A DNA stretch of 40,613 nt from Chitinophagales bacterium (lineage in GTDB: Bacteria; Bacteroidota; Bacteroidia; Chitinophagales; JADJOU01): NCBI GenBank assembly GCA_044368545.1, contig JBIPPG010000002.1:1-40613 (forward strand), in the 5' to 3' direction. Position 1 is the first letter of the stretch; every line of letters begins with the position of its first letter. Positions 10,051-17,927 of the stretch are shown here, one piece after another. Under the pieces are notes generated by a model. It saw nothing but the letters and a program-made list of their open reading frames with translations, had not been told where the DNA came from and searched no databases. The position numbers and the translations under genes are program-made.

Positions 10051-10974
10051 TTACTGTATTATAAAAAAGCCATCTTCGCCTTGTTTTTGATACAAGGGCA
10101 TAAGGATATATCCATCAATTGTAGCACAAATAAGACCATTTTTATCTTTAGCTAACGGTTGTCCCTTTACAATTTTATCAAAATTATTAAATCCGGGGAG
10201 CATTTCAAAATGATCCTCTGGATTTATAGTGTGTTTATATGCAAATTCGGTCAACTTGGGCAAACTCAATGCTGCTTGGCTCAAGATTTTTCTATTTTCA
10301 CAAATAAATTCAGTTGAAAAATTAATAATATCCATTTCGTGAAGCAATATATATATGGCGGCTTCTATTCTTTTGACACTTTCGGGATGGGTATGTTGTC
10401 CCGCTTCAAAAGCGATGGCTGAAAATTGTTTTTTTGAAAAAATCCCCAACGTTGTATTTTTAATTACTTTATCCAAATGCAAAATCAAGGGTACTTCCAG
10501 TTTTTGAGCCATTGCTACACTCAAATCATTGCCATTGACAATTGTAAAAAGTCCTCCCTCGGCACTAGTAGTATGCAAATCTAAGAATAAAAAAGGGGTG
10601 TGCGCTTCCCTATGCTCTGTAAACTGCTCCAATATATACAACAATTCCTTTTGTTCCTTATCTTCATTGGTTTTTAACGCTTCCAAAGGAGTTTCTCTTA
10701 CAAAATCAATCTGTTCTTCATTCCACAATCTATTCAAATCTTTATCTATAAAACGCTTATTTTCCTCAATAGCCTTCACATTACCTTTTAGTGCTAGAAT
10801 ACATCCTTTTACAGGAAAATTCATTTTTTTTAAATGATCAAAAACTTGTTGAATAGCCAAAATGCCGCTTTGTTCATTCCCATGAATTCCCGCCACAATA
10901 ATTAATAATTTCTCGCTAAGAAAATCGCCATAAAGTCCCAAAATACGTTTTTTTGTCTTCTTATCCCAAATCAT
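10051..10974 (-). CDS. Succinylglutamate desuccinylase/aspartoacylase-family zinc hydrolase
   Basis: 307 aa. LLIIVAGIHGNEQSG is the zinc-binding HxxE region, and a later DLHT motif is typical of the AstE/AspA (M14-like) family. Confidence 0.75.
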   Translation of the reverse strand: MIWDKKTKKRILGLYGDFLSEKLLIIVAGIHGNEQSGILAIQQVFDHLKKMNFPVKGCILALKGNVKAIEENKRFIDKDLNRLWNEEQIDFVRETPLEALKTNEDKEQKELLYILEQFTEHREAHTPFLFLDLHTTSAEGGLFTIVNGNDLSVAMAQKLEVPLILHLDKVIKNTTLGIFSKKQFSAIAFEAGQHTHPESVKRIEAAIYILLHEMDIINFSTEFICENRKILSQAALSLPKLTEFAYKHTINPEDHFEMLPGFNNFDKIVKGQPLAKDKNGLICATIDGYILMPLYQKQGEDGFFIIQ

Positions 10975-11036
10975 ATTTTTTGTTTAGAAACATCACAAAA
11001 ATACAAAAAAGTATCTAAATTAAAAAAAATAGCATG

Positions 11037-11044
11037 TATTTTTG
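11037..11044 (+). promoter_or_regulatory. Candidate -7 box TATTTTTG for ung
   Basis: Matches TAnnTTTG and lies 13 nt upstream of the ATG at 11058. It sits inside the longer ORF predicted by the track, which argues for the internal start. Confidence 0.45.
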
Positions 11045-11057
11045 TAAAAAAGACACC

Positions 11058-11738
11058 ATGTTTAATTTGCCTCAAAACGATTGGCTTCCCATTTTTGAAA
11101 TGGAAAAAAGCAGCATTTTGCTTCAAAAAATCTACAAACATTATCAATTTGAACAATCATTGAATAGAGAAATATTCCCAAAAGAATCTAATATATTTAA
11201 TGCCTTTAATTTATGTAGTTTTGAAAACACAAAAGTTGTCATATTGGGACAAGACCCCTATCATGGCGAGGGAGAGGCTCACGGATTGGCTTTTTCGGTT
11301 GAAGAAGGTATCAAAATGCCTCCTTCTCTGCGAAATATTTTCAAAGAATTAAAAAATGAATACCCCAATTTTAATACAACCCGGAGTACGGATTTAAGCG
11401 ATTGGGCACAACAGGGCGTTTTATTGATCAATGCAGTTCTAACGGTAGAGAAAGATAAACCTGCCAGCCACAAACATTATGAATGGGAATTATTTACCAA
11501 TCACATTATTTCAACACTTTCAAAGAATAAGAAAAACCTCGTTTTTTTACTTTTTGGAAAATTTGCTCAAAACAAAGAATATTTAATTAATAGCCAATTT
11601 CATATCATATTAAAAACGACACATCCTTCGCCTCTTTCTGCCAGTAGGGGTTTTTTAGGATCAAAAATTTTTAAGAAATGTAATGAAATTTTGGTAGAAA
11701 AAAGTAACCTAACTATAGATTGGGACAAAAAAAAATAG
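11058..11738 (+). CDS. ung: Uracil-DNA glycosylase (family 1)
   Basis: GQDPYHG catalytic motif and HPSPLSA leucine-loop motif. I moved the start from 11034 to the ATG at 11058 (MFNLPQNDW). Confidence 0.93.
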   Translation: MFNLPQNDWLPIFEMEKSSILLQKIYKHYQFEQSLNREIFPKESNIFNAFNLCSFENTKVVILGQDPYHGEGEAHGLAFSVEEGIKMPPSLRNIFKELKNEYPNFNTTRSTDLSDWAQQGVLLINAVLTVEKDKPASHKHYEWELFTNHIISTLSKNKKNLVFLLFGKFAQNKEYLINSQFHIILKTTHPSPLSASRGFLGSKIFKKCNEILVEKSNLTIDWDKKK

Positions 11739-11770
11739 CCCCGTATGAAGGGCTATCTTTATGAAATTTT
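11735..11770 (+). terminator. Rho-independent terminator after ung
   Basis: Stem ATAGCCC (11735-11741) pairs with GGGCTAT (11750-11756) around an 8-nt loop, followed by CTTTATGAAATTTTTTT. Confidence 0.6.
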
Positions 11771-11955
11771 TTTAAAACAAATAAATATACCTATGTTATT
11801 TGTTGATATTACAAGTCTTTGTTATAGATTTTTAGGTGCATTCAAAAGTTAGACTCAAAAAAAGTTTAATAGGTTTAATCAAATTTAAAAAAAAATAAAA
11901 AAAATTATAAATTAAATATTCTTACACAAAAAACAAAGCTTTACATCAAATAAAA

Positions 11956-11963
11956 TATATTTG
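11956..11963 (+). promoter_or_regulatory. Candidate -7 box TATATTTG for the DUF389 gene
   Basis: Matches TAnnTTTG, 11 nt upstream of the ATG at 11975. Confidence 0.45.
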
Positions 11964-11974
11964 TAAAAAAAATA

Positions 11975-12925
11975 ATGATGAATAAAATTTGGTATAGATA
12001 TCTAAAAATTCTAGTTACAATAGAAGAAGATGATGATTTGACACAAATTAGTGATGAAATAAAACATTCTGTTTTGTTCAAAGGAGCCAATTTTTGGGCT
12101 ATGGTATTTGCTATTATTATTGCATGTATTGGATTAAATATTGGTTCAAAACTAGCTATAATAGGCGCTATGATATTATCGCCACTTATGGGGCCTGTGT
12201 ATGGAATTAGCTTTGGGATAATTGCTCAGGATATGTTTTTGGTAAAAATTGCTACCAAAAATTTTATAAAAATAATTTTGATTTCTTTATTGGTTTCAAG
12301 TATTTATTTTTTATTGACACCATTAGATTTAAAAAGTATAGAAGTAGATAATTTTACAACGGCATCTATTTTTGATATTTTAATTGCTTTTTTTGGCGGA
12401 ATTGCAGGTTTTATAGCAATTAGTAGAAAAAATGGCGAACGATTTTTAGTTGGCGTTTCCATTGCTACATCCTGTATTCCTCCTATTTGTGCCTCTGGCT
12501 ATGGAATTTCGCATGGAAATTTCGCATTATTTTTTGGAGGTTTGTATTTATTTTTGATTAATGCTTTTTTTATTTTCTTAGGCTCTTTTTTGATTTCATT
12601 ATTTATGAATATCCACAAAGGACAGCATTTTTCCAATAAATTCAAATGGACTTTATTACTATGTATCATTCTTATAGCGTTACCCAGTATTTTTCAAACC
12701 AAAAACACCATCAAACATGTTTTATTTGAACACCGAGCCATTCAATTTGTAGATAATATAGAGCATATCAAAAACTTATACATACTTGAAAAAAAGATAG
12801 ACAAAGAAAAAGACATCTTAAGTATTCTCTATTATGGAGATTTTCCAAAAAGTGCAATAAGCCAAGAAAATCTAAAAAAATATGATATAGATTCTTCTCA
12901 GTTAATATTGATAAAGATAAAATAA
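11975..12925 (+). CDS. DUF389-family integral membrane protein
   Basis: 316 aa with multiple transmembrane segments. IGAMILSPLMGPVYG is characteristic of DUF389 proteins. Confidence 0.7.
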   Translation: MMNKIWYRYLKILVTIEEDDDLTQISDEIKHSVLFKGANFWAMVFAIIIACIGLNIGSKLAIIGAMILSPLMGPVYGISFGIIAQDMFLVKIATKNFIKIILISLLVSSIYFLLTPLDLKSIEVDNFTTASIFDILIAFFGGIAGFIAISRKNGERFLVGVSIATSCIPPICASGYGISHGNFALFFGGLYLFLINAFFIFLGSFLISLFMNIHKGQHFSNKFKWTLLLCIILIALPSIFQTKNTIKHVLFEHRAIQFVDNIEHIKNLYILEKKIDKEKDILSILYYGDFPKSAISQENLKKYDIDSSQLILIKIK

Positions 12926-12926
12926 T

Positions 12927-13023
12927 ACCAATCTTACTTATTGTAAGTTTAGAGTGGTAAATGCCGTTATAACAAGCAAATAGTACAATTAAAATTGGAC
13001 TAAATTGATTGTATGTACGGTAT
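12927..13023 (+). repeat. Copy A of a two-hairpin dispersed repeat (possible structured RNA or REP/MITE-like element)
   Basis: Hairpin 1 is ACCAATCTTACTTA (12927-12940) with TAAGTTTAGAGTGGT (12944-12958). Hairpin 2 has arms at 12961-12989 and 12994-13023 (ATGCCGTTATAACAAGCAAATAGTACAAT with ATTGGACTAAATTGATTGTATGTACGGTAT). About 90 percent identical to copy B over the aligned stems. Confidence 0.8.
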
Positions 13024-13041
13024 AAGCTTGACGATAAATGC

Positions 13042-13070
13042 AAAAAAAAGACGCTTTGTATTAAAGCGCC
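13042..13070 (-). terminator. Rho-independent terminator after the substrate-binding protein gene
   Basis: The minus strand reads GGCGCTTT-AATAC-AAAGCGTC followed by TTTTTTTT. The same hairpin is followed by TTTCTGTATTT on the plus strand, so it could also stop the DUF389 transcript. Confidence 0.65.
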
Positions 13071-13092
13071 TTTCTGTATTTCCAAAAAATGA

Positions 13093-14817
13093 TTATTTCC
13101 CTAATTTCCAAAGCGATAAATCATAACCAGGTCTTACCGTATAAGGTCTCGCATTGGTAAATCGTTTGTGGAAAGCCATACGCTCCAAAGGTGCATACAA
13201 GAATATGTAAGGCAATTCATTATGGACTTTTTCTTGAAACTTTATATACATAGCATCTCTTGAAGACTCATCCAAATTTGAACGAATGGCATCAATCATT
13301 TTATCCGATTCAGGATCGCCATAATTTACATAATTGGATCCCCCTTTAATGGATTCGCTATGCCAAATTTGTTTTGGATCTTCTACATTGGGGTCTCCTA
13401 CCCATGAGCCACAATATATTTCAAAATTATGTGCTTTCAAATCATCCAAAAACACCGTCCATTCTTTGGCTACAATGTTTAATTCTACGCCTATTTTTTT
13501 CAAGTTTTCTTTAAAAATTAAGCCAATATTTTTACGAGTATCATTGCCCGAATTATATTTGTACTCTAGTACCAAATTCGTTTTTTTGCCATTGATCATT
13601 TTATCTCTAAAACCATCGCCATCCGAATCTTTCCAGCCGGCTTCATCCAAAATTTTATTAGATAATTCTAAATCGAACTGAAATTTCTTTAAATTTTTGT
13701 TGTAATATTTTTTGGTTGGATGAACCATACTCTCCATAGATTCGCCTAGTCCATATAACAATGTTTGAATAATTTGTTCTTTGTCTATAGCGTGTGCCAA
13801 AGCTTCTCTAACTTTTAGTTCTTTAAGTATTGGATTGGATAGATTCATACCTATATACAAATACTGATCGGTAGCAGGAGTATGTTTTTCATAATTTTTT
13901 AAGAAGCGTTCATCATTTTTCAGTTCATTAAACGCTTTGAATTCAATTCCTTTGATACAATCCAATTCCCCACCTTTGATAGCCGTTGTAGTCGTATTCC
14001 AATCGTTAATTACCTTGAATTTCAAAGTAGAAACTTGTGCGTAATTTTTGAGGTACTCGCTTTTTGAATTTCGTCCCCACCAATTTTGTTTCTTTTTAAA
14101 AGTCAATTTGCTACCTGTAACCCATTCTACAAATTCATAAGGGCCACTGCCTACAACACTTCCTTTTTCTCTCATATATTTTTGAGAATTGAACTCATCG
14201 GCAAATGCTACCATATCTTTGTCGCTGCGCAATTTTTCTCTTTTATCGCGGGTATTCATTTGTTCCAAAGAGAATTTTCGCATCATTTTATTTGGATCAT
14301 AGATATATTCTGGCAATACCCAATAGCCGCTATACTCTTCTACCAATATATAACTTTGATTTGAATAAATTTTAAATTTCTTTGGATTTGCACTATCAAT
14401 TTCTATTTTTTCTAAAAAATCAAAATAAGGTCTCAATTGTTCGCAAGATGTTTTTGGATTTAAAATAGCTTTAAAACTAAACGCCACATCATATCCTGTA
14501 ATATCGGTTCCATTATCCCATTTTGCTTCGGGTCTTATTTCATATTCTAGCACCAAACCATTTTTATAAGGTGAAATTTTGGGTCTATCAACCGCTAAAA
14601 CTCCTACAAATTCATTTTTGTCATAATCCCAATCAATAAGTTTTTGGAAAAGATAACGTTCCAATACACTTGCGTCCGCAGAAATAGAGCTATACGGCAA
14701 TAACTTATCGGGGTCGCTAAGCAAATGAACGACTACCTCATCTTTTCCACTTGCGCTTTTTGATTTACATCCAATGCTTACTATTGCAATTGCAAAAATT
14801 ATTAAATATTTATTCAT
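13093..14817 (-). CDS. ABC transporter substrate-binding lipoprotein, family 5 (peptide/nickel type)
   Basis: About 574 aa with the overall SBP_bac_5 pattern. I moved the start to the ATG at 14817, giving MNKYLIIFAIAIVSIGC with a lipobox Cys. The track start at 14841 is a TTG. Confidence 0.85.
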   Translation of the reverse strand: MNKYLIIFAIAIVSIGCKSKSASGKDEVVVHLLSDPDKLLPYSSISADASVLERYLFQKLIDWDYDKNEFVGVLAVDRPKISPYKNGLVLEYEIRPEAKWDNGTDITGYDVAFSFKAILNPKTSCEQLRPYFDFLEKIEIDSANPKKFKIYSNQSYILVEEYSGYWVLPEYIYDPNKMMRKFSLEQMNTRDKREKLRSDKDMVAFADEFNSQKYMREKGSVVGSGPYEFVEWVTGSKLTFKKKQNWWGRNSKSEYLKNYAQVSTLKFKVINDWNTTTTAIKGGELDCIKGIEFKAFNELKNDERFLKNYEKHTPATDQYLYIGMNLSNPILKELKVREALAHAIDKEQIIQTLLYGLGESMESMVHPTKKYYNKNLKKFQFDLELSNKILDEAGWKDSDGDGFRDKMINGKKTNLVLEYKYNSGNDTRKNIGLIFKENLKKIGVELNIVAKEWTVFLDDLKAHNFEIYCGSWVGDPNVEDPKQIWHSESIKGGSNYVNYGDPESDKMIDAIRSNLDESSRDAMYIKFQEKVHNELPYIFLYAPLERMAFHKRFTNARPYTVRPGYDLSLWKLGK

Positions 14818-14875
14818 AGAAATATGTTGATTATTTGACAAAAATACTTTTAGTTTTTCAAAGATTCGTTTTTTT

Positions 14876-15745
14876 TTATTCTAGTGTTTTTACAAGTCCA
14901 TCAGCAAGCCCTATTTTTGGGACTAAAATATTCTTAATTTGCGCTTGTTTTAGTACAAAAAGATATATCTCCAATGCAGGGACAATTACATCGGCTCTAT
15001 CGGGATTAAATCCATATTCGAGAATACGCTGATCTACTGTCAATGTCTTCAATTTTTTATATTGTTCCAAAATATAACTATAAGAAAGTGGCTTTCCTAG
15101 CGGTTTCAAACTTTGTTTAAAAAGGGTATTGATATTTCCTCCCGTTCCTACTCCTAGCGTATTTTCATTGATATTTGCCTTTTCTATAAACTCTTTAAGC
15201 TGTGCCCATTCGCTTTCTTCTACCAATTGTTTGAGGCTACGCACGGTTCCAATTTTAAACGAACGAGAAAAAATAGATTTTTTATTAAAGAAATAAGTCA
15301 ATTCGGTACTTCCACCACCCACATCTATGAATAAAAATCCTTTGTCGGCTTCAAGCATATCATTTATCTGGGTTTTATAAATTATATCGGCCTCGGTTTT
15401 TCCATCAATAATTTCAATTTCTATGCCACTGTTTTCTTTGATATATGCAATTACTTCTTTGCTATTCAATGCTTCGCGCAGTGCTGAAGTAGCACAAGCT
15501 CTATATTTTTTTACACCGTGAACTTTCATCAAATGTTTGAAGGAAATCATCGCACTATTTAGGTTGTCAAGCGTATCTTCTTTTATTTCATTATGTACAA
15601 AACTATCCGAACCTAAACGAATAGGTGCTCTCACCAAAATATTTTTATTATAAATGCGCTTTGATTCTTTTTCATACACATTCATAATCAATAATCTAAC
15701 ACCATTTGAGCCAATATCTATACCCGCATATTTTTCAACTTTCAT
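14876..15745 (-). CDS. ppx: Ppx/GppA-family phosphatase (short exopolyphosphatase)
   Basis: 289 aa. AGIDIGSNGVRLLI and DVGGGSTEL are the ASKHA phosphate-binding motifs of Ppx/GppA. Confidence 0.85.
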   Translation of the reverse strand: MKVEKYAGIDIGSNGVRLLIMNVYEKESKRIYNKNILVRAPIRLGSDSFVHNEIKEDTLDNLNSAMISFKHLMKVHGVKKYRACATSALREALNSKEVIAYIKENSGIEIEIIDGKTEADIIYKTQINDMLEADKGFLFIDVGGGSTELTYFFNKKSIFSRSFKIGTVRSLKQLVEESEWAQLKEFIEKANINENTLGVGTGGNINTLFKQSLKPLGKPLSYSYILEQYKKLKTLTVDQRILEYGFNPDRADVIVPALEIYLFVLKQAQIKNILVPKIGLADGLVKTLE

Positions 15746-15776
15746 TGATTTAAATTCATTTTTATATTTGAAAGAA

Positions 15777-15784
15777 CAAATATA
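15777..15784 (-). promoter_or_regulatory. Candidate -7 box (TATATTTG on the minus strand) for ppx
   Basis: The plus strand reads CAAATATA, 32 nt upstream of the ATG at 15745. Confidence 0.4.
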
Positions 15785-15794
15785 TCTCTTTTAC

Positions 15795-15920
15795 ACCAAT
15801 CTTACTTATAAAATAGGCCAAACTATTTTGTAAGTTTAGATTGGTAAATACCGTCATAACAAGCAAATAATCCAATAAAGAGGAACGAAGATTGGGCTAT
15901 ATTGATTGTATGCACGGTAT
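15795..15920 (+). repeat. Copy B of the two-hairpin dispersed repeat, with extended hairpin tips
   Basis: Hairpin 1 is ACCAATCTTACTTA (15795-15808) with TAAGTTTAGATTGGT (15831-15845). Its 22-nt tip is itself a hairpin (AAAATAG gccaaa CTATTTT). Hairpin 2 has arms at 15848-15876 and 15891-15920 and a 14-nt loop AAAGAGGAACGAAG. Confidence 0.8.
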
Positions 15921-15994
15921 TAAATATTATTTTCTTCAAAAACTTAATTTTTCTAAAAAATAAAAAAAAATCAGACCATACATTAAAAGTATTA

Positions 15995-16002
15995 TAAATT
16001 TG
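15995..16002 (+). promoter_or_regulatory. Candidate -7 box TAAATTTG for the first OMP paralog
   Basis: Matches TAnnTTTG. It overlaps the track's TTG start at 16000, which supports the ATG at 16036 as the real start. Confidence 0.45.
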
Positions 16003-16035
16003 CAATTCACTAAATTTATTAAAAAAATAAAAAGT

Positions 16036-16569
16036 ATGAAAAAATTATCATTAATTGCACTATTTGCATTTGCTGGCTTAGTGGCATCAGCACAAAAATC
16101 TGTATTAGTAATGGGAAGTATTGGATATACTTCTGAAGAAACAGAAGCTACAAAACACACTCACTCTGCATTTGAATTTGCTCCAATGCTTGGATACCAA
16201 TTCTGCAAATCAATGACAATCGGTGCTTTTGCAAATTATTCAAAAGAAATGCACACGGGAGCAGAAGATATGAATTCTACAGTTGTAGGACCATTCTTCC
16301 GTTATACTCAATCTTTGAGCGATATCTTTTCGGTATATGCTGATACAAAATTGGGTTGGATGTCAGGAACTGGTGGAAAATCAGGATGGCAGTTTGGAAT
16401 TACTCCAGCAGTTTTAGTTAATTTGAAAAATGGTTTTGGATTGAACTTCAACTTCGGAGGATTGAACTATCAAGCGTATGGTGTTAACTATGCTCAAACT
16501 ACAGACTTTGGATTTACTTTTGGAAAACAAGCTTCTATTGGAATTTCAAAACATTTTGGTTTGAAATAA
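16036..16569 (+). CDS. Small outer-membrane beta-barrel protein, paralog 1
   Basis: Starting at 16036 gives MKKLSLIALFAFAGLVASAQ (signal peptide). Alternating beta-strand pattern and C-terminal SKHFGLK. Clearly paralogous to the next gene (SVLVMGSI.YT, GPF.RYT, S.IFS.YAD.K.G). Confidence 0.7.
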   Translation: MKKLSLIALFAFAGLVASAQKSVLVMGSIGYTSEETEATKHTHSAFEFAPMLGYQFCKSMTIGAFANYSKEMHTGAEDMNSTVVGPFFRYTQSLSDIFSVYADTKLGWMSGTGGKSGWQFGITPAVLVNLKNGFGLNFNFGGLNYQAYGVNYAQTTDFGFTFGKQASIGISKHFGLK

Positions 16570-16619
16570 TTTAAGCATTTCAAGACATTAGTATTTTTAA
16601 AAAAATAAATTCATAGAAA

Positions 16620-17138
16620 ATGAAGAAATTAACAATAATCGCAATTTTAAGCATAGCTTCAATGACAGCTTTTGCTCAAAAAAATTCGGTTTTAGTAATG
16701 GGTAGTATCGAGTATACTCATACAAAAAGCCAAACATCTACAAGTGCTTCAAGACAATTTAGCTTTAATCCAATGGTAGGTTACCAATTTAGCGAAAATT
16801 TTACATTTGGAGGATTCGCAGAATATAGCAGTAATGGAACAACCAATGGAATCAACATGGGACCATTTTTGCGTTATACTACCAAATTATCTGATATGTT
16901 CTCTCTTTTTGCTGATGCAAAAGTAGGATATGTAACTGCTAGCAATGACTACAAAGGCTATTCTGCTGGAATCAAACCTGCAGTAATGGTAAATGTAGGA
17001 AAAAGTTTTGCACTTAACTTCTCTTTTGGAGAATTATCTTATACAAGTGTAGGTGCTAATACAAAAGTAAATACATTCAATGCAAATTTTGGAAAATCTG
17101 TAGAAATAGGAATTTCTAAAAATATTGGTTTGAAATAA
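16620..17138 (+). CDS. Small outer-membrane beta-barrel protein, paralog 2
   Basis: 172 aa with signal peptide MKKLTIIAILSIASMTAFAQ and the same architecture and C-terminus (ISKNIGLK) as paralog 1. Confidence 0.7.
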   Translation: MKKLTIIAILSIASMTAFAQKNSVLVMGSIEYTHTKSQTSTSASRQFSFNPMVGYQFSENFTFGGFAEYSSNGTTNGINMGPFLRYTTKLSDMFSLFADAKVGYVTASNDYKGYSAGIKPAVMVNVGKSFALNFSFGELSYTSVGANTKVNTFNANFGKSVEIGISKNIGLK

Positions 17139-17164
17139 TCAAAAATTATTTTTGTAGTTTTGTA

Positions 17165-17197
17165 AGCCGTCTTAGTTCTAAGGCGGCTTTTTTTATT
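17165..17197 (+). terminator. Rho-independent terminator after the OMP pair
   Basis: Stem AGCCGTCTTAG (17165-17175) pairs with CTAAGGCGGCT (17178-17188), followed by TTTTTTTATT. Confidence 0.8.
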
Positions 17198-17212
17198 ATT
17201 TAATTTCTCTTC

Positions 17213-17887
17213 ATGAATTTAAAAGAATATACAGCATCTTTATATCTTTTTTTGAAGCAACACACCAATGAAGATATTGCCATTAAACAAGCGCAATATA
17301 TGCGCAATAAATTTGAATTCATTGGCTTGATGCGTGATGATATCAAAAGACTGAGAACGGATTTTGAATCAAAAAATGGAAAAATAAAAAAGGAAGATTC
17401 TCTTCATTTTTGTATAGAATGTACAAAATATGCTGAAAGAGAAATGTTGTATGTAGGATTCAATGCGTTGGAAGGGTACAAGAAATTTTACAAATATGAA
17501 GATTTAAAAATCTTGAAAAAATGGGTAGAACAAAGCGATTGGTGGGATATTGTAGATATTATTGCTTCGCATCATTTGGGCGCAATAGCAATGGAGAGTG
17601 AGGAAGCAAAAGCCGAAATACAAAACTGGATGTTATCACCTAATTTTTGGCTAAGAAGATGTGCTATTTTGTATCAATTAAAGTATAAACAGAAAACTGA
17701 TGCCGAATTTTTATTTTTTGTATGCAAAGAATTGGCATTTGAAAAAGAATTTTTTATCCGAAAGGCTATTGGATGGGCATTGCGAGAATATTCCAAATCG
17801 AATCCAAATGCGGTAAGGGCTTTTATTCAAGAAAACAATTCCCTTTTATCGCCTCTTTCTATCAAAGAAGGAAGTAAATATTTATAA
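17213..17887 (+). CDS. DNA alkylation repair protein (AlkD/AlkC-like HEAT-repeat family)
   Basis: 224 aa. WWDIVD, FWLRRCAILYQLKYK and EFFIRKAIGWALREYSK match the DNA_alkylation family pattern. Confidence 0.8.
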   Translation: MNLKEYTASLYLFLKQHTNEDIAIKQAQYMRNKFEFIGLMRDDIKRLRTDFESKNGKIKKEDSLHFCIECTKYAEREMLYVGFNALEGYKKFYKYEDLKILKKWVEQSDWWDIVDIIASHHLGAIAMESEEAKAEIQNWMLSPNFWLRRCAILYQLKYKQKTDAEFLFFVCKELAFEKEFFIRKAIGWALREYSKSNPNAVRAFIQENNSLLSPLSIKEGSKYL

Positions 17888-17927
17888 AAAAACACAAATA
17901 TCCAAAAAAATAGTATTTTTGTGGTCT

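Noticed and set aside
11745-11852. 35-aa plus-strand ORF (MKGYLYEIFLKQ...) in the ung to DUF389 spacer
   Set aside because: It starts inside the ung terminator stem, has no promoter motif, and its composition reflects AT-rich intergenic DNA.
12768-13085. 105-aa ORF here and the 60-aa and 74-aa ORFs at 15823-16160 on the minus strand, two of which share a similar peptide
   Set aside because: The shared peptide (ACYNGIYHSKLT and ACYDGIYQSKLT) comes from translating the two copies of the hairpin repeat. The ORFs cross a terminator or a promoter and overlap the DUF389 gene end, so they are not credible genes.
12927-15920. The direct repeats as att sites bounding a mobile or integrated element
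   Set aside because: The enclosed 2.8 kb carries only a substrate-binding protein and ppx, with no integrase, transposase or excisionase. The repeats are structured palindromic units rather than simple duplicated target sites. A dispersed repeat or RNA element is more plausible.
16000-16035. N-terminal extensions in the ORF track. Affected track starts: 16000, 34946, 28137, 23905, 23181, 11034, 14841, 38472, 37622, 17919 and 18636.
   Set aside because: In most cases the extension starts at TTG, overlaps a TAnnTTTG box or a terminator, or precedes an ATG that yields a canonical N-terminus or signal peptide. I used the internal starts instead.
17147-17154. TATTTTTG match upstream of the AlkD-like gene
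   Set aside because: It lies before the strong terminator hairpin at 17165-17197, so a transcript starting here would terminate at once. It is probably a chance match in AT-rich DNA.
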